From positions 128,806,274 to 128,870,273 of the forward strand of contig NC_068981.1 of the NCBI RefSeq assembly GCF_001194135.2: a stretch of 64,000 nt of DNA. The letters are read 5' to 3'. Shown here piece after piece: positions 13,801-27,589 of the stretch. Within the stretch, counting starts at the first letter, position 1. Each line of letters opens with the position of its first letter. A program made the translations under genes and the position numbers. This DNA comes from Octopus bimaculoides (taxonomy: Eukaryota). The notes beneath the pieces were generated by a model. It was not told the origin of the DNA. It made no database searches and saw only the letters and a list, made by a program, of their open reading frames with translations.

Positions 13801-14169
13801 TTACCATGAGTACAACTATTATAACATTGCAATCAGTTATAATTGCTCTTAAAAGTCACAAGATATTCCAAATTACAAACTGGTAGAATATTGGTATTTA
13901 GAGATTTGAAACTATTGACACATGAATATATATGTCAGTGCACCTGATGCTCATATCATAAGTGACATTTTTGAAACCCAAGATAAAAAATAACAACTTC
14001 TATTTTTATACTCAGTGCATGAAAATATTAGAAGAGAAATATATTAGTGAATAAATAATAATAATGTAATAGGGAACATTAGTACGACAAAAGACGTTGA
14101 CTACTGTGTGAGGGATTGCAGTGATTGTGGAATAAGAGTTACAGGAAAGACAAGGGACACTATCTTCTA

Positions 14170-15240
14170 TCTTACATTTCATCTAATTGAGGAGCAAAAA
14201 ACTTATCCAAAATTGTTTGGTGTTTCTGGTGCATCATCTTTTTATACAGCTTAGTGTAGAAACTGAGCACATTGTTAACTCCTCTTGTAATTTTTATGCC
14301 ACATTCATGATTAGGGTCATCAACAAAAACTTGCAGACCTTACTCTGTAAGTACCAACCCTTTAGCAATATTCTTTGCAGTCCATTTAAGTGGAGTTGGT
14401 AAAATTTCTGTATTTTCATTTGTATTCTCAGTTTACTTTTGTTCTAACAGCATCAACTCCTAATTAGATAAAGTTTCTCTGTAGAGAAATCATTCAACTA
14501 CATCATCCTATATGACTTCTACAAATCATCAACTAATCATTCAAATACAGCATCCTATATGACTCCATTTGTAAGTGTCATATCTTTCCAATTTTGATGT
14601 AGATTTTCTATTTGTGAAAACACTGTAGTTATGGATGTAGTCTGGCCTTATATTTTCCCCAAGCACCATTCAAAGTTAAAGGTTTTATGTCATCCCATGA
14701 TTCAGTATCCATTACGTTGAACTTTTTTCAAAAATCTCTAACTACTTCCATAAATTGTTTGAAAGTTCTTCACAGATGATATATGCCTTGAAGTTAGATA
14801 TCACACCTTGATTCACTGGATAGAGTAAAGAAGTTGTAGTGTTAAAGATATATTCTACTCTCACATTATCAGAAAGCTCATTTAAGTTCACTGGCTGGTT
14901 TGGTGCACTGTCTAAAAGAAGCAATGCATTTGGAAATATTATGTCTAGCACTCACTTTTTGAAAAAAAATAAGGTCAAATATCTATGAAAAAATATCCAA
15001 GCAGGTAATGGAGTAAATTCTTGAGCACTTGATTTAATTTTCTCCCTATTGTCATGTAATTATCCCACCATAGATGTTGCAAGTATTAATGCTTTACCAA
15101 TGAGGATGATTTTTTTTTCTTCTACTTCAAGCCCTTTTAAAACATCAAGTTTAATATCCAGTGTAATCCTTATACAATTCCTTTTTGCTCTACTACATTC
15201 AGTTCCACTTGATGGTTTCTTTCTAGATAAGTTGAATTGA
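14170..15240 (-). mobile_element. Decayed Tigger (pogo-family) transposase remnant
   Basis: RITLDIKLDVLKGLE (CENP-B-type N-terminus), ALLLLDSAPNQP...NTTTSLLYPVNQGVISNFKAY (DDE_1), YTKLYKK...QTILDKFF C-terminus; internally deleted. Confidence 0.85.
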
Positions 15241-18200
15241 AGGTAAATCCAACAGCAGTAGCAATCAATAACTACCCACAACAATTATGCAGTAAAAAAT
15301 AGCACTAGGAAAGAACTGTTTTGTAATAGCAAAAGATTGTTGTCTTATTCCTATAGATGTAAGAATGGAAATGAGAAAATGAAAAGGAGTGAGGTAGGAG
15401 AAAATACTTTATGATTACTGGTTCATGGGCACTTCACCATTGTACCTCTAAATTGTACCATAAAAATGCACCCTCTACTCACACACGCACATGTACATAC
15501 ACAAATAGTTACGTTGACATACAACCCACATAGCTACAGACATGCTGATATTACTATTGTTGTTGCTAGTTGGTAGGTTAGTAGTGACACTTGGAGAGGT
15601 GTTAGTTGCATTGGTTTTGATGTTAGTGCTGGAGGTAATGATAATGGTGGGAATACAAATTGTAGGTAATTGTAGTGGTCATAATGTTCTTTTAATTTTA
15701 TTGGTGTTGTTGTTTAGTCCCAAATCAATCCTCATTGGCCTAAGATCAAAGACACTTCATTCAACATTTAAAATACACTAGAGTACCACATTATCTCAAG
15801 TGATTATTTTAGATGCAGTTTCTTATCTTATTTATGCTCGTGTTGCTGTTGTTTTGCATAAAGGGATGTGGTGGACTGGTAATGGTAGTGGTTGTATTAC
15901 GTTTTGTATTGATGTTGGCTGTGTGAGTATCAATGATTGGAAGTTGGGATGGTGAATGTTGAGACAGATTGACAGAAAGAGAGATAGATGCTCATTGTGG
16001 CCAAAGAAAATGTATATAAACAGATGCACAAATATTCATGGTGAAGAATTGCACCTCACACTCCATGTTTATAGTATCACACACACACACACACAGATAT
16101 ATAAATATATATAAATTCAAATTACGATGAACGTAGACAAACAAACGAAATTTGCTTTTAGAAGCGTTGAGATGTCTTAGAAAGTTTAAAGAAGTGATTC
16201 TAAATTCTCAAACACATGATAATGCTAATAATATAGCCTGAACAGGATAAACTACCCCTATTTTGCAGAAAAAAGTGTAGGCGGCCAGCCATATATATAT
16301 ATATATATATATACAAACATGCATACATATGTTTGTGTTTGTGTGTGTGTGCACAAGCACATGCAAGTGTTTATATATGCTTTACTTTAAACAGAAAGTA
16401 TGAGAAATTTTTCACAGCAAATATTTGTCTATGTTTTCTTGGATTGGAAACTATGTACGTATCATGATTATAGTTCTTCAAATTATTAACTAGTTTGATC
16501 TTAGCTAGAAAGTTGAGAAGCAGCTTTTTTGCTAAGAAAAATGTGTAACTTTTTAAAGTGACTATTATCACCAGTGAAAGAATGCGTGTATAGTTAAAAG
16601 TAACAACAAAAGGAATATCCAAGTACAAAAAGAGGGTAGGGTACACTTGTATTGGCAGAACCTGGGTCAGTAAGAGTCATCAGTGCTCCCTACAATAGAT
16701 AGTCTGAGAGCAAACTTCTGATCCAAGAATTCAGAGTTAGATGAAGCTCATCAAAGATGTCCGACTGAAGTTCATAAGAGCAAGCAACCATAAGTGTGTG
16801 ACATAAGACTAAATGTGTCTGGTAAATACAGCTCTAAACAAATTCTATTAGTAGTTACTGGAAAAGGAGAAAGGAGGGTGAGTCCAGATGATAGGGAAGT
16901 TGACTGTTTACAAATATTTTTATGTATGAATTGCTGAAACAGTTGCAATGTCAAACAGGTTGCCTTTTTTGGAAATGAGTTCCACCATCATATGTTTCCA
17001 TAGATTAAGATTGAAAAGCTGTAGGAAAAGAAAAAAATGAAGAATTCAGTGAAGTAGTTTCTGGGCATACAGTTTGAAGATAAAAGGAGTACTGTTAGTA
17101 CTTGGTACTACACTTGATGACTATATGTGGTGAGGGTGTGATGAAAATGGAATCTCCTAATATAATAATGAGCACAGTGTTTTTATATATTAGTCCAAAA
17201 TCAGGAGGCAGTAGGAGAAAGAGTAGTATAAGTGAAGGGAGAGGAGAGAAAATAGTAATTCAGTGAAGGAGATGTAATGAGAGTAATAGCCCTGAGTGAG
17301 AGAAAGTAATAGCAATGAGAGAGAGGAAGTGGCAAAGAGCATGCCATGTATCTTCTATTTTTCTCCATCACAACATATGAATAAAAGGAAGGGTGATAGA
17401 TGAATAATGAAGGAAGGGAGAAAAAATTCAGAACATGTCAACAAGCAGAATACCGCTAAGCATTTCATCCAGCATGCTAACAAATCTACCAGCTTACCAC
17501 CTTAATAATAATAATGATTTCAAATTTTGTCACAAGGGCAGCTATTTTTTGTGGGGAGGGAACAAATCGGTTACATCAACTCCAGTACTCAACTGGTACT
17601 TAATTTATTGACTCTGAAAGGATGAAAGGCAAAGTCGACCTCAGCGGAATTTGAACTCAGAACATAAAGACAGACAGAATGCCACCAAGCATTTTACCTG
17701 GCATGCTATTGATTCAGGTAGCTTGCCGCCTTAATTATCATCATCATCGCGACGGCGACAACAACGATGACAACAACAAGGATGATGATGGCAATAGGAA
17801 ATAGCTTTCCTTCTGTAATAGAACGAGAAATAAACAGCTCTTAGTAAGTTGCAAAGAGTTAAATCTAATATTTGTTTTCCTTGCTATTAAGTCTATCAAC
17901 ATACTGACATTTAAAAGGAAATAAAATACTAAGAAGCTTATTTTCTCCATAAATAAATTACATTATTTGCATACAGTAAAACCAGTTTGACTATAAGTTT
18001 TAAATAGCCTCTTCAATGCTTGATATTAATGCTACTGTCTTGATTTTTAATGTTTACTATTAGCACTCATTGTCATATTTAAAAACTCAGGAAATTTGCA
18101 ATAAATCTAAGAAATGTAGTGAACAGAATATGAACAATTAAGTTTATGGTTCCAATGTATCAACTATATGTAGGTTGAAGTGAAATTATTGTTAGTTTTT

Positions 18201-18679
18201 AATCCGCTCCAAGAAAAATAAGGATGTATAACTAACTGAAATAGATCCACAAAGACACTTAATCACCATAATTATTATTCATTCAGAAACATTTTAAAAA
18301 TTAAATCCACTATTGAACTGCTTTAATTACTAATGCCATTTTGCATTAATGCATGTCTCAAAAGACATGCATTAATGTTTATGAATTTGTGTTGCGAGAT
18401 TCCTGGTGTGAAGTTGTATGTTGAAACAGATATTGTTGTATTTGAGGATGGTCATTTTTGTTTTTTGCCAAATAAACACACACACTATATATTTGTTCTT
18501 CACTCATTTATTACTGTTCTTATTCTAACTCATGTACATTGAGAATGGAATAAGTAGAGCAAGAGCACACACAAAGACGGAAAGTGTCACTGAGAAGATC
18601 ACAGATGTGTGACAAAAGATTTCAGGACAATGAACATGAGTTAGGAAAAGAACAGTAATAAACAAGTGAAGAACAAATA

Positions 18680-20730
18680 TTGTATATACTTGACTATAAA
18701 ACACCCTCGCTATAAGACGACACCCCCGACTTACAAGGTTCAAATCGGGAATTTTATGATTGACCTGACTATAAATCACAGTGACTTTTTTAATGTTGGA
18801 GAGCAAAGTTGAATTAGGAATCACGCTGGCAAAGTTGTTGTTTGGTAACCAAGTTTTCAGTAAGCTGAAGATGACTTACAATGACTGTTGTCCCATTAAG
18901 TCCATGCATTTTACAAACCGCTGTTTATAATGTAAAATTTTATCCTTGATAACACTAGTTGATTTGTTTATCATATTGAGACTTAATTGTCTTGATCCTT
19001 TCCCTTTACTTTTTGATTTATGCCTTTCATTATTAGGATACTTTTGCAGCAACTGGCACACAAAACCATGCAGTCATACGTACTATGATTGGAAAACAAA
19101 TACAATAAACTGTTTTAAATTGTAAGGAACTGTATGAAACATTGTGACAAAAATCAGAAGAATAAATGAAGGAAGAATCAAGTTATACTAATCATCACTT
19201 TCACCAAATAACTGGTAAAACTCCCCAGTTGCGATGATCTCATCGTATATATCCTGATCTTGGTCTTCACTTGTCTTATCTTCATTAACTGATGAAGCAC
19301 TGGGAATAACATTTCTAGTACAAATGAAGTCATTATATAGTTCATCATCTTCTGTACCATCCATGCAATTTGAGATCCCACGCTTCAAAAATGATTTCAT
19401 CACAAGTTCACTTGGTATTTCAGTCCATTTCTTGGTCCGTCGTAGCACGGTATTTCATTCCATTTGGCATGCATGCTCACCATAAAAGGCTTGCTCACTG
19501 ACATGTCGAGTGACTGAAGCACAGATGTATATCCACCTGGAATCACAGCTTGGTAGGTACAATGCTCCTTTAATCTATAATTCATGCTGTTGATCAGATG
19601 AGCCCTGAGCATGTCCCATAGAAGCGACTTTGAATTAAGCATAACCCCTGGGCGCTTGAACTACACATCGTTTAACCATTCGTCAATATGGTTTCATCCA
19701 CCCCCACTTTCTCCAGAACATACACTACCATACCCTTTGGAAACTTCTCTTTCACCAAAGTCTTTCTTTTGAAAACAACAGCTGGGGTAAGTTTCATATT
19801 GTCAGCCATACAAGCCAAAATTGTAGTGAAGTGAGCCTTGTCGCTCCCCGTAGTTTTTACTGAAATTGTGTTTTTCCCTTTAATGTCAACTGTCAGAGTT
19901 CCAACCATATCGAGAAAAGGGGTGTCTAATCCATTTTACTGATTACTTCCAAGGCAAACTTGTGGCTCTTTCATAGATCTATTACATACCGATGGAAGGA
20001 ATCAACTTTGCTCTCTCTACGTTGGCAAGTAATTTCTGTGCAATCTCAGCATAAGATTCTGGCATTTCATAAACCCTCAAATATATCATGTTGTTTAGTC
20101 ATTTGGAGAGTCCACAATCTAATGATGTTTCTCGTGATGACAAGTCCATTTGTGCGTAGTTCAGTCACCCAGCCTCTCAAAATAGTTTCCAACTCTTCAT
20201 TGGGACTCATTCCTATCCTAATTTTCTTTTACAATTTGATGTCAACAGATTTCATTTTCTCCTCTTTCAAACGCCAATCCCTGACCATTTTTTCTGAGAC
20301 TCCAAATTCTCTTTCGGCAGCTTGATTCAAATGCGACTTCACATATTCAACAACTTTCAGCTTGAAAGTGATATCATACAAATTCCTCTTTCTCTTCGTG
20401 TTAACAAATAACATGGTGTCGAATTAACGAAAGACAAGTACGGTACAAAAACAAACAAGCATTAAACTCACTTTTTAAAATTAATTGTTTATTTCATACT
20501 AAATAAAATAAGTCAAGAAATATATAAAGAAATATCTAAAAATCGTTTTCCATGTATTTCTTGGCTTCAGAATTAGTGATTCAGGTTTTTTTGGTTATTC
20601 CAAATGTCGGAACTTCAGACATGACTTGCACCTAGAAGATTTTTTATAGGAAGTGTTTATAAGTTGCACCACCAACTTTAGGTGAAAATTTCAGGGTAAA
20701 AAAGTGTGATTTATAACCGAGTATATATGG
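18680..20730 (-). mobile_element. Near full-length decayed POGK-like pogo DNA transposon (BrkDBD-HTH-DDE_1) with TIRs and TA TSD
   Basis: KRKRNLYDITFKLKVVEY...AAEREFGVSEKMVRDWR, TVDIKGKNTISVKTTGSDKAHFTTILACMAD, LLWDMLRAH, VIPGGYTSVLQSLDMSVSKPF. TIRs ttgtatatacttgactataa / ttataaccgagtatatatgg; TA at 18678-79 and 20731-32. Confidence 0.92.
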
Positions 20731-21161
20731 TATATAGTGCGTGTGTTTATTTTGGAAAAAACAAAAAAAAAAAATGTAGTTGTATGCTGTCAACTTAATG
20801 TGACAGTCCCATGAAGGGAATCATTAGAAGACTAATCTGAGAAACAAGTAAAATACAGCCTCAGAAAATTTGTTTATATACTAAACCTCTGCAATGGAAA
20901 CTATATGAGAGTGGCTGTATGATTGGCTAAATATGTAACACTCATTAATGACTATGTGTTGCACCAATTATCCCTGGTTGTGTGGATAGCTTGACTTGGG
21001 TCATACTGTGAAAACTATAAAGAGATTTCATTAAGCTCAAATTGAATTAACAACAATTTTTAGAACTCTCATCTTTCAGAAGAATGAAATGTTCATGAGT
21101 TACATAAGACATTCATCCAAAAAACACTACCCAAAAAGAACTGATAGAGAACTGTATTTTA

Positions 21162-21165
<4 letters not shown>

Positions 21166-21226
<61 letters not shown>
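21166..21226. repeat. (TA)n microsatellite (representative of many)
   Basis: Others include (GT)n 42422-42510, (ATT)n 43685-43797, (TAGA)n ~34710-34760, (GAAA)n ~54645-54680 and (GAT)n ~63925-63985. Confidence 0.95.
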
Positions 21227-21234
<8 letters not shown>

Positions 21235-21558
21235 ATATTGATTTCAAGTTTGGCACAAGGTCAGCAATTTCAGGGGAGAGAGTAAGTCAATTACATCAAC
21301 CCCAGTGCTCAACTGTTACTTATTTTATCAATCCCGATAGAACGAAAAGCAAAGTCAACCCTGGCAGCATTTGAACTTAGAAAGTAAAGTCAGAAGAATA
21401 GTGCTAAGCATTTTGTTCAGCATGGTAACTATCTACCAGCTTGCCACTATTATATTAGATTATATTACATGTATATATAAAGATGCATATACATTCTCAT
21501 ACATATACATACATGTTTTATAATTGTGAGAAGAAATTGGAAGCCGTTTGTTAATCAC

Positions 21559-21625
21559 CTGTTGCACATCTGTTTTTCTAGGTCTGTAGCAGACATTATG
21601 GGGAAATGGCCAAGGACAATGAAAT
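21559..21625 (-). CDS. Putative start-codon exon of left-hand gene (ATG at 21596: MSATDLEKQMCN-S)
   Basis: Strong acceptor ctatttcctttaactttag| and donor CAG|gtgatt. Ends phase 2, joining in frame to the 7477-7607 exon (AG|C = Ser). Confidence 0.5.
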
Positions 21626-22239
21626 CTAAAGTTAAAGGAAATAGACAATATGGCATTTCTTCAAAGAAGTATATTTTTTTCAAAATTCAGAATCTTACAT
21701 TAAATTAATTTATAAGACACATACCAACTTAAAATATTCATGATTTATCATATAAAAAAAAGACAAATGTTTCATAATTGTTCGTAATAGCCAAGTTTAA
21801 TAATGTTTTTCTTAGGCAGAAAGCCAATAACAGAATAAATAATTATTATCTCTATCATTGGCACAACGCCTTACACTTTTGCGTCGAAAGCATGACAACT
21901 TAATTGACACTAGTACTTAATCAACCTCAAAAGTAATGAAAGACGTTGACTCTAGCAAGACTTGAATAAGCAATGTAAACAAACGTTAATTAAATATCAC
22001 AAAATATTTAGTTTGGTGCCAATTATTTCTTACATCATACAGGTTAGAAATGTTTTCATGTTAGGAATATAGTTGACTGAATTGACCCCAAATACATATT
22101 TTATTTTAAGTTTATCAGATCTGTTAGTATTTGGTGTATGATTGTATCAGTGTTGTATCCAAGTATCTGCAAGGTCAAGGATCCAATCACACGTCTAGAC
22201 TTGACAATTGAAAGACAAGAGTTGAGATAATATTAATGA

Positions 22240-22900
22240 TAATTATTCTTTCAGATCTAGTTGGTTTGGCTGCCGGCATCAATTTCTGTTCGAATTGATT
22301 TCATATTCAGTATAATGATACACTTTCATAGGCTAATGAATGACATGGAAATCATTTTCGCTATAAATAGTTATTAAATTTTGGGTAATTTTAGCCAATC
22401 ATAAGCCACAGACACATTCATGCATGTTTCCATAGTAACAAGCCAAACATTAGAACTCTTTTGTCGATGTCATGTGCGTTGATGCTGTGTTCTGTTGCTT
22501 GTATCATTGTCGTGAGATGTGCTACAAATAACAGCTAAATAGGCCTTAAATCACGCCCCCCCCCAATGTTTTTCGCATAATCGTATGGATTCCCATGTGT
22601 AGAGTACAAATTTGCGAAATTTTTCTGAAAATTTCAAATTTTAAAAAAGTCTTGAGGGGTTATATGTCGTACATTAAGCAGAATTTGATTTGTTTACAGT
22701 TAAAAACACGTGCTATTTTCAGGAAGTTGACAACACGTGCAGTTACACACAAAATGACAGCTTCCAAATCCCGTTTCCTCACTGGGTGAAAATGATCAAA
22801 CTTGAAACCTCTATGACTTTATAAAAACATTTTTCTGGAAAAAATGAAATAACTCCAGCATTTCAGCTTGGAAAAAATATATTAATGTGCCAAATAAAAA
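22240..22900. mobile_element. Partial copy of the long-TIR non-autonomous element at 24878-26107
   Basis: Shares ttccaaatcccgtttcctcactgggtgaaaatgatcaaac and adjacent sequence with 25.7 kb, and is the reverse complement of ~25150-25558. Confidence 0.8.
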
Positions 22901-24010
22901 AAATTTCGATAAACTTTAATTATTGAAATGCTGGCACCCAAACCAACTAGATCCATTTTTTCTACTATAAGCACAAGACCTGAAACGTTGGGAGATTTAT
23001 TTTATTTTAGTTTATCGACCCCGAAAGGATGAAAGACTAAGTTGACCTCGGCGGCATCTGAACTTTGAACGCAAAGAACCAGAAGAAATATTGCGAAGCA
23101 TTTTGTCCGGCATGGTAACAATAATAAAATTAATAATTATGATGATGATGATGGCGATTTCAGATATTGGTTCAAGGCTACAATTTTGAGAGGAGAGAGA
23201 AAGTCGGTTACTTCCACCGCAGTACTCGACTGGTATTGAAAGGAAGGTCTGGACTTGGAACTTAAGGTGTCGGAATAATTACCGCAAGGGCTTTGTTTTG
23301 TCTGACACTAACGTCACTGCTAATCCAATGATTTCTAATGTTATGATGCTAAACATTTCGAAGGAGATATTTAATCGCTACTTATTTTATCGGTTATAGA
23401 AGAGAAAACAAAATCGACCTTCGCGGAATTGTCAGACCGTCGGACCAAATGCTTTGCTATGGTGCCTTACGTTCTCAGTTCAAATCGCGCTGAGTTTAAC
23501 GTTGCCTTTCATCCTCCTAAGTTCAATAAAATACAAAGGCCATTCAAATACTGGTGCCGATTTATATTCGTATAAAGTATCTACGTGTGAACGAAATTAT
23601 ATAATGAAAACTACGACATAATATTGCAATACCTTAGGCACAATAGAATAGTGTGTTTGCTTCCCCAAAACGGTTGTGGAGGAAAGCTAAATATTTTTAT
23701 AGACTAAAAACTCAAAACAATATTAACTATTCACTGATAAATAAACAGTCTGTTCGAAAGAATACAGTAACAGTAATTTTGTTCATAACGAAATATTAAG
23801 TTACGTAATTCGCGCACACAGACACAAACACATTAGAGCAAAATTGTGAGATTATTTATGTATTTATTGTATAAAAATAACTGGCTTGATAAAATTTTAA
23901 TTTTCATATATAACATATAAACATGTACATCTCTTAGAACACTGTCATTTTATAAGATTTTGCTGACAAATGTTTAAATTAACATAAACATTTACATGAA
24001 AGAAAATTAC

Positions 24011-24300
24011 CGAACTTTCCTCTAATTCTTTCAAATCTTTCTAGCAAAACTGTATTGAAGCATTTGAGGGGATTTTTTTTATCACAGCAACTAGTCGCAC
24101 ACCACAAGGTTTAACGGAACCTACTGAAGCAAGCCAACGCACTCGCAGCATTACCACAGTCGATGGCTATATTAGATTTTATAAAACAGAACAATGTGAC
24201 TGAAACAGCCAGAGCAATATTTAATGTCCGTTGGCATGACCTTGACAATGAAAGCAGGGTCATGGGCAAAAATATTTCACAATTAGAATTTCTCTAAGGA
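24011..24300 (-). other. Putative non-coding first exon / promoter-proximal region of left-hand gene
   Basis: CpG-rich, donor TCG|gtaatt at 24010, no in-frame ATG, upstream of the CpG-depleted block containing the coding exons. 5' boundary approximate. Confidence 0.35.
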
Positions 24301-24877
24301 CGCGTAATATTATTTTTTTTTAAATTAATAGAAACATTAAAAAAACTAGGTGCAATAAATAAATGCCAGCTTGGTTATTATTTTTATTCTTCAGTGAGGG
24401 CCATATTTGTGAGTTACCTTGATAGATAGCAAATAATATCCATGTTAACAGAATACTGCAAATGGTATAAACACATTTTTTTTGTAAGTAATGCAAGTGT
24501 GCTTTTTACCACTAGGTTTAGTGCCAACTATGTCTGACAACATACTACACAAAGAGATAACAATAAAGGTGTGTCGTCAAAGCAATGAACAGTTTGGATT
24601 ATAGTGACAGTTAAGAGGGAAAATATGAAATGAAATTCCAGCTATAAGAATAAAAAAAGTGAAAAAGTGCTCAATAAGGTGTGTGTGTGTGCGCGCGCGT
24701 GTGAAGCTAACATCTTTTAGTATTTCACTGATACACTGGAAAAAACCGGAGAACCTGGGTCGCCCGGGGCGCCATGTGCTAAGGGGCACCATGGAGGGCG
24801 TGACAAAGACAAGGAAATTTCCACGACCGTCAGCTTGTACACGCCAAAGTTCAGCTTGTTTGGGATGCCAGCAACCC

Positions 24878-26107
24878 TAGGGCCGGCTGCGAAATTTTTT
24901 TCCCACGATAGTGTCGGACCCCAGTAATGAACTCATTTGCATACAACCAACCAGAGCAGACCACCTTTATCCTTTCTAGTCAGTACCGTGCATTCCTTAC
25001 TGTTTCCCTCTCTACTAGCAGGCAGCAACTATCCGTCCTCTAACTACCTGTCGGGCAAAAGAATAAATATATGGAAATACTATTTCTTCCTTCTTGGTGT
25101 TGATGTTCACTGGTTACTCCGACGTTAGCACAATAATACACTTGCAAAAACTGAATTACTGGAGTTATTTCATTTATTCTAGAAAAATGTTTTTAAAAAG
25201 TTATTGAGGTTTAAAGTTTGATCATTTTCACCCAGTGAGGAAACAGGATTTGGAAGCTGTCATTTTGTACGTGACAAAATAGCACATGTTGTCAATATTT
25301 GTAAACAACACATGTTATGTCTCCGGTAATTTCCTTTCGTGTAAATAAATATTTATGCTAATTTAAAAGAGAAAAAACATGAATGTGTCTGTGGCTTTCC
25401 ATTTACTAAAACTACCAAAATTTTCAAACTTTAATTACTACTAACTCTTTATTTATTGATTTATAGCGAAAATTACTTTCACTTCATTAATTAGCCTATA
25501 AAAGTATATTATTACACTGAATATGAAATCAATTCGAACAAAAAATTGACGCTGGCAACNNNNNNNNNNACTATTATATTATTAGTAGTAAATTATAGAT
25601 CTATCTAAAATAACTAGCTAGATCCGTGAAAAAAATCACGGAAAATATAAGAAATGTAAGCATTTTCAGGATGTTGACGACAAAATGTGCAGTCACGCAC
25701 AAAATGAGTTTCCAAATCCCGTTTCCTCACTGGGTGAAAATGATCAAACTTTAAACCTCAATAACTTTTTAAAAACATATTTCTAGAAAAAAAATTAAAT
25801 AACTCCAGCAATTCAGTTTGGGCAAGTGTATTATTGTGCCAACGTGGGAGTAACCAGTGAACATCAAAGAATCAACACCAAGAAGGAAGAAATAGTATTT
25901 ACATATATTTATTCTTTTGCCCGACAGGTAGTTAGAGGACGGATAGTTGTTGTCTGCTAGTAGAGAGGGAAAAAGTAAGGAATGCACGGTACTGACGAGA
26001 AAGGAAGAAAGGATAAAGGTGGTTCTGCTCTGATTGGTTGTATGCAAATGAGTTCATTACTGGGGTCCGGCACTATCGTGGGAAAAAAATCTCGCGGGCT
26101 GGCACTG
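24878..26107. mobile_element. ~1.2-kb foldback/MITE with ~400-bp terminal inverted repeats
   Basis: 24878-~25290 is the reverse complement of ~25670-26107 (about 90% by eye; the paired ORFs 24937- and 25769- give nearly the same peptide); CAG/TAG-type GC-rich termini; small N-gap inside. Confidence 0.85.
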
Positions 26108-27589
26108 TATACACACATATACATACAGACAGACAGGCAGACGGTGATATACACGAGCACACACGATCGTGGAAGTCAACTCGCAAATCAATACGACCAC
26201 TTTGACATTGTATTTCTTAGAGCAGCAACACCTAAGGGCGTTGCCTTGCTGGTGACTGGCAGATCACGACTGCTCCTACCTAGGCTCCAACAACCATGTG
26301 TCCTCACGAGCGAGGTAAAACAGAAGTACATGTGTTACCCCAACTACTGGAGTGACAATGACCACTTCTGAATGATACATTATCAGTTTAATGTTTCTTA
26401 GTTCCTATGCATGAAGTTGACAAGAGCGAATGAAGCATACACATGACTACATTCACATATCAGAGATAACGGCTTTTCCTCTAAGTTGGGATGGCCTGAA
26501 ACTAAACGATCCTGGTTTCACATTAGAGTATCCATCTCAAAGACAAATATTCTCGCAATAACTAACTTACTAAAGTGATTTTAACACATTCATTCCCTGT
26601 CTCGAGAACGAATTAACGAGTCTTGATTTTTATCTTGCTGGCTTACTCGTCCTCGTCAGGCCAATTTAGTCGGCGACGACCCAAGTCGTTACAGGTTGTA
26701 TTAGGTTACATATTCCCAGAGACACTCAAAGCAACCTGATGCGCGCGTACACATCATACGTACATAAACACATATATGTGCAGAAAATGGAGAATACCCA
26801 TTACTTCCTTCTGCTGCTACCCTTTTCGGCTACGGGGAATACGAATCTGCAAAAAAATTGGCAAAAATCGACATTTCTAAATTACACCCACCCCCATTTT
26901 AAAACTTTTTTCGGAATTTTTTTTTTCAAAATATGCGGAAAAATACGGAGATTATGATTCTGAAAAAAAATTTCCAAAAATCTTTATAAAATTTTTTTTT
27001 AAGAATTTTTTTTTTTTTTTTNNNNNNNNNNNNNNNNNNNNNNNNNNNNNNNNNNNNNNNNNNNNNNNNNNNNNNNNNNNNNNNNNNNNNNNNNNNNNNN
27101 NNNNNNNNNNNNNNNNNNNNNNNNNNNNNNNNNNNNNNNNNNNNNNNNNNNNNNNNNNNNNNNNNNNNNNNNNNNNNNNNNNNNNNNNNNNNNNNNNNNN
27201 NNNNNNNNNNNNNNNNNNNNNNNNNNNNNNNATCCGAAAACGGGGATTTTTGGGAAAAAGAAAAAAACATTTTAACAAACAAATTTGGGAGAAAATTGAG
27301 GTGGAGGGGGGGGGGCGGAAATCTTTCCGTGATAAGTTCAAAAGAAGCTATGTTCGATCACTTAGAATAAAAGAAGTCAAAGATAAGTCTGAGGATGAAT
27401 GAAAATAGCTTCCGACGAGCCATACGCGAAACAAAATATATATTTTGACGGACTAACGATTATAGATTAGATATTTTTACACACAGCGTAAGTCACTAAT
27501 CATATGTAATGCATTTCTAATTTTTTTTCCCTACTGGTGGGAAAATGAGAAAATTAGTTGTGCACGCATGGCTAGTTTAGTCTGAACTT

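Noticed and set aside
26860-27340. Homopolymer-rich sequence flanking the gap
   Set aside because: Looks like low-quality contig ends (inflated homopolymers), not biology.
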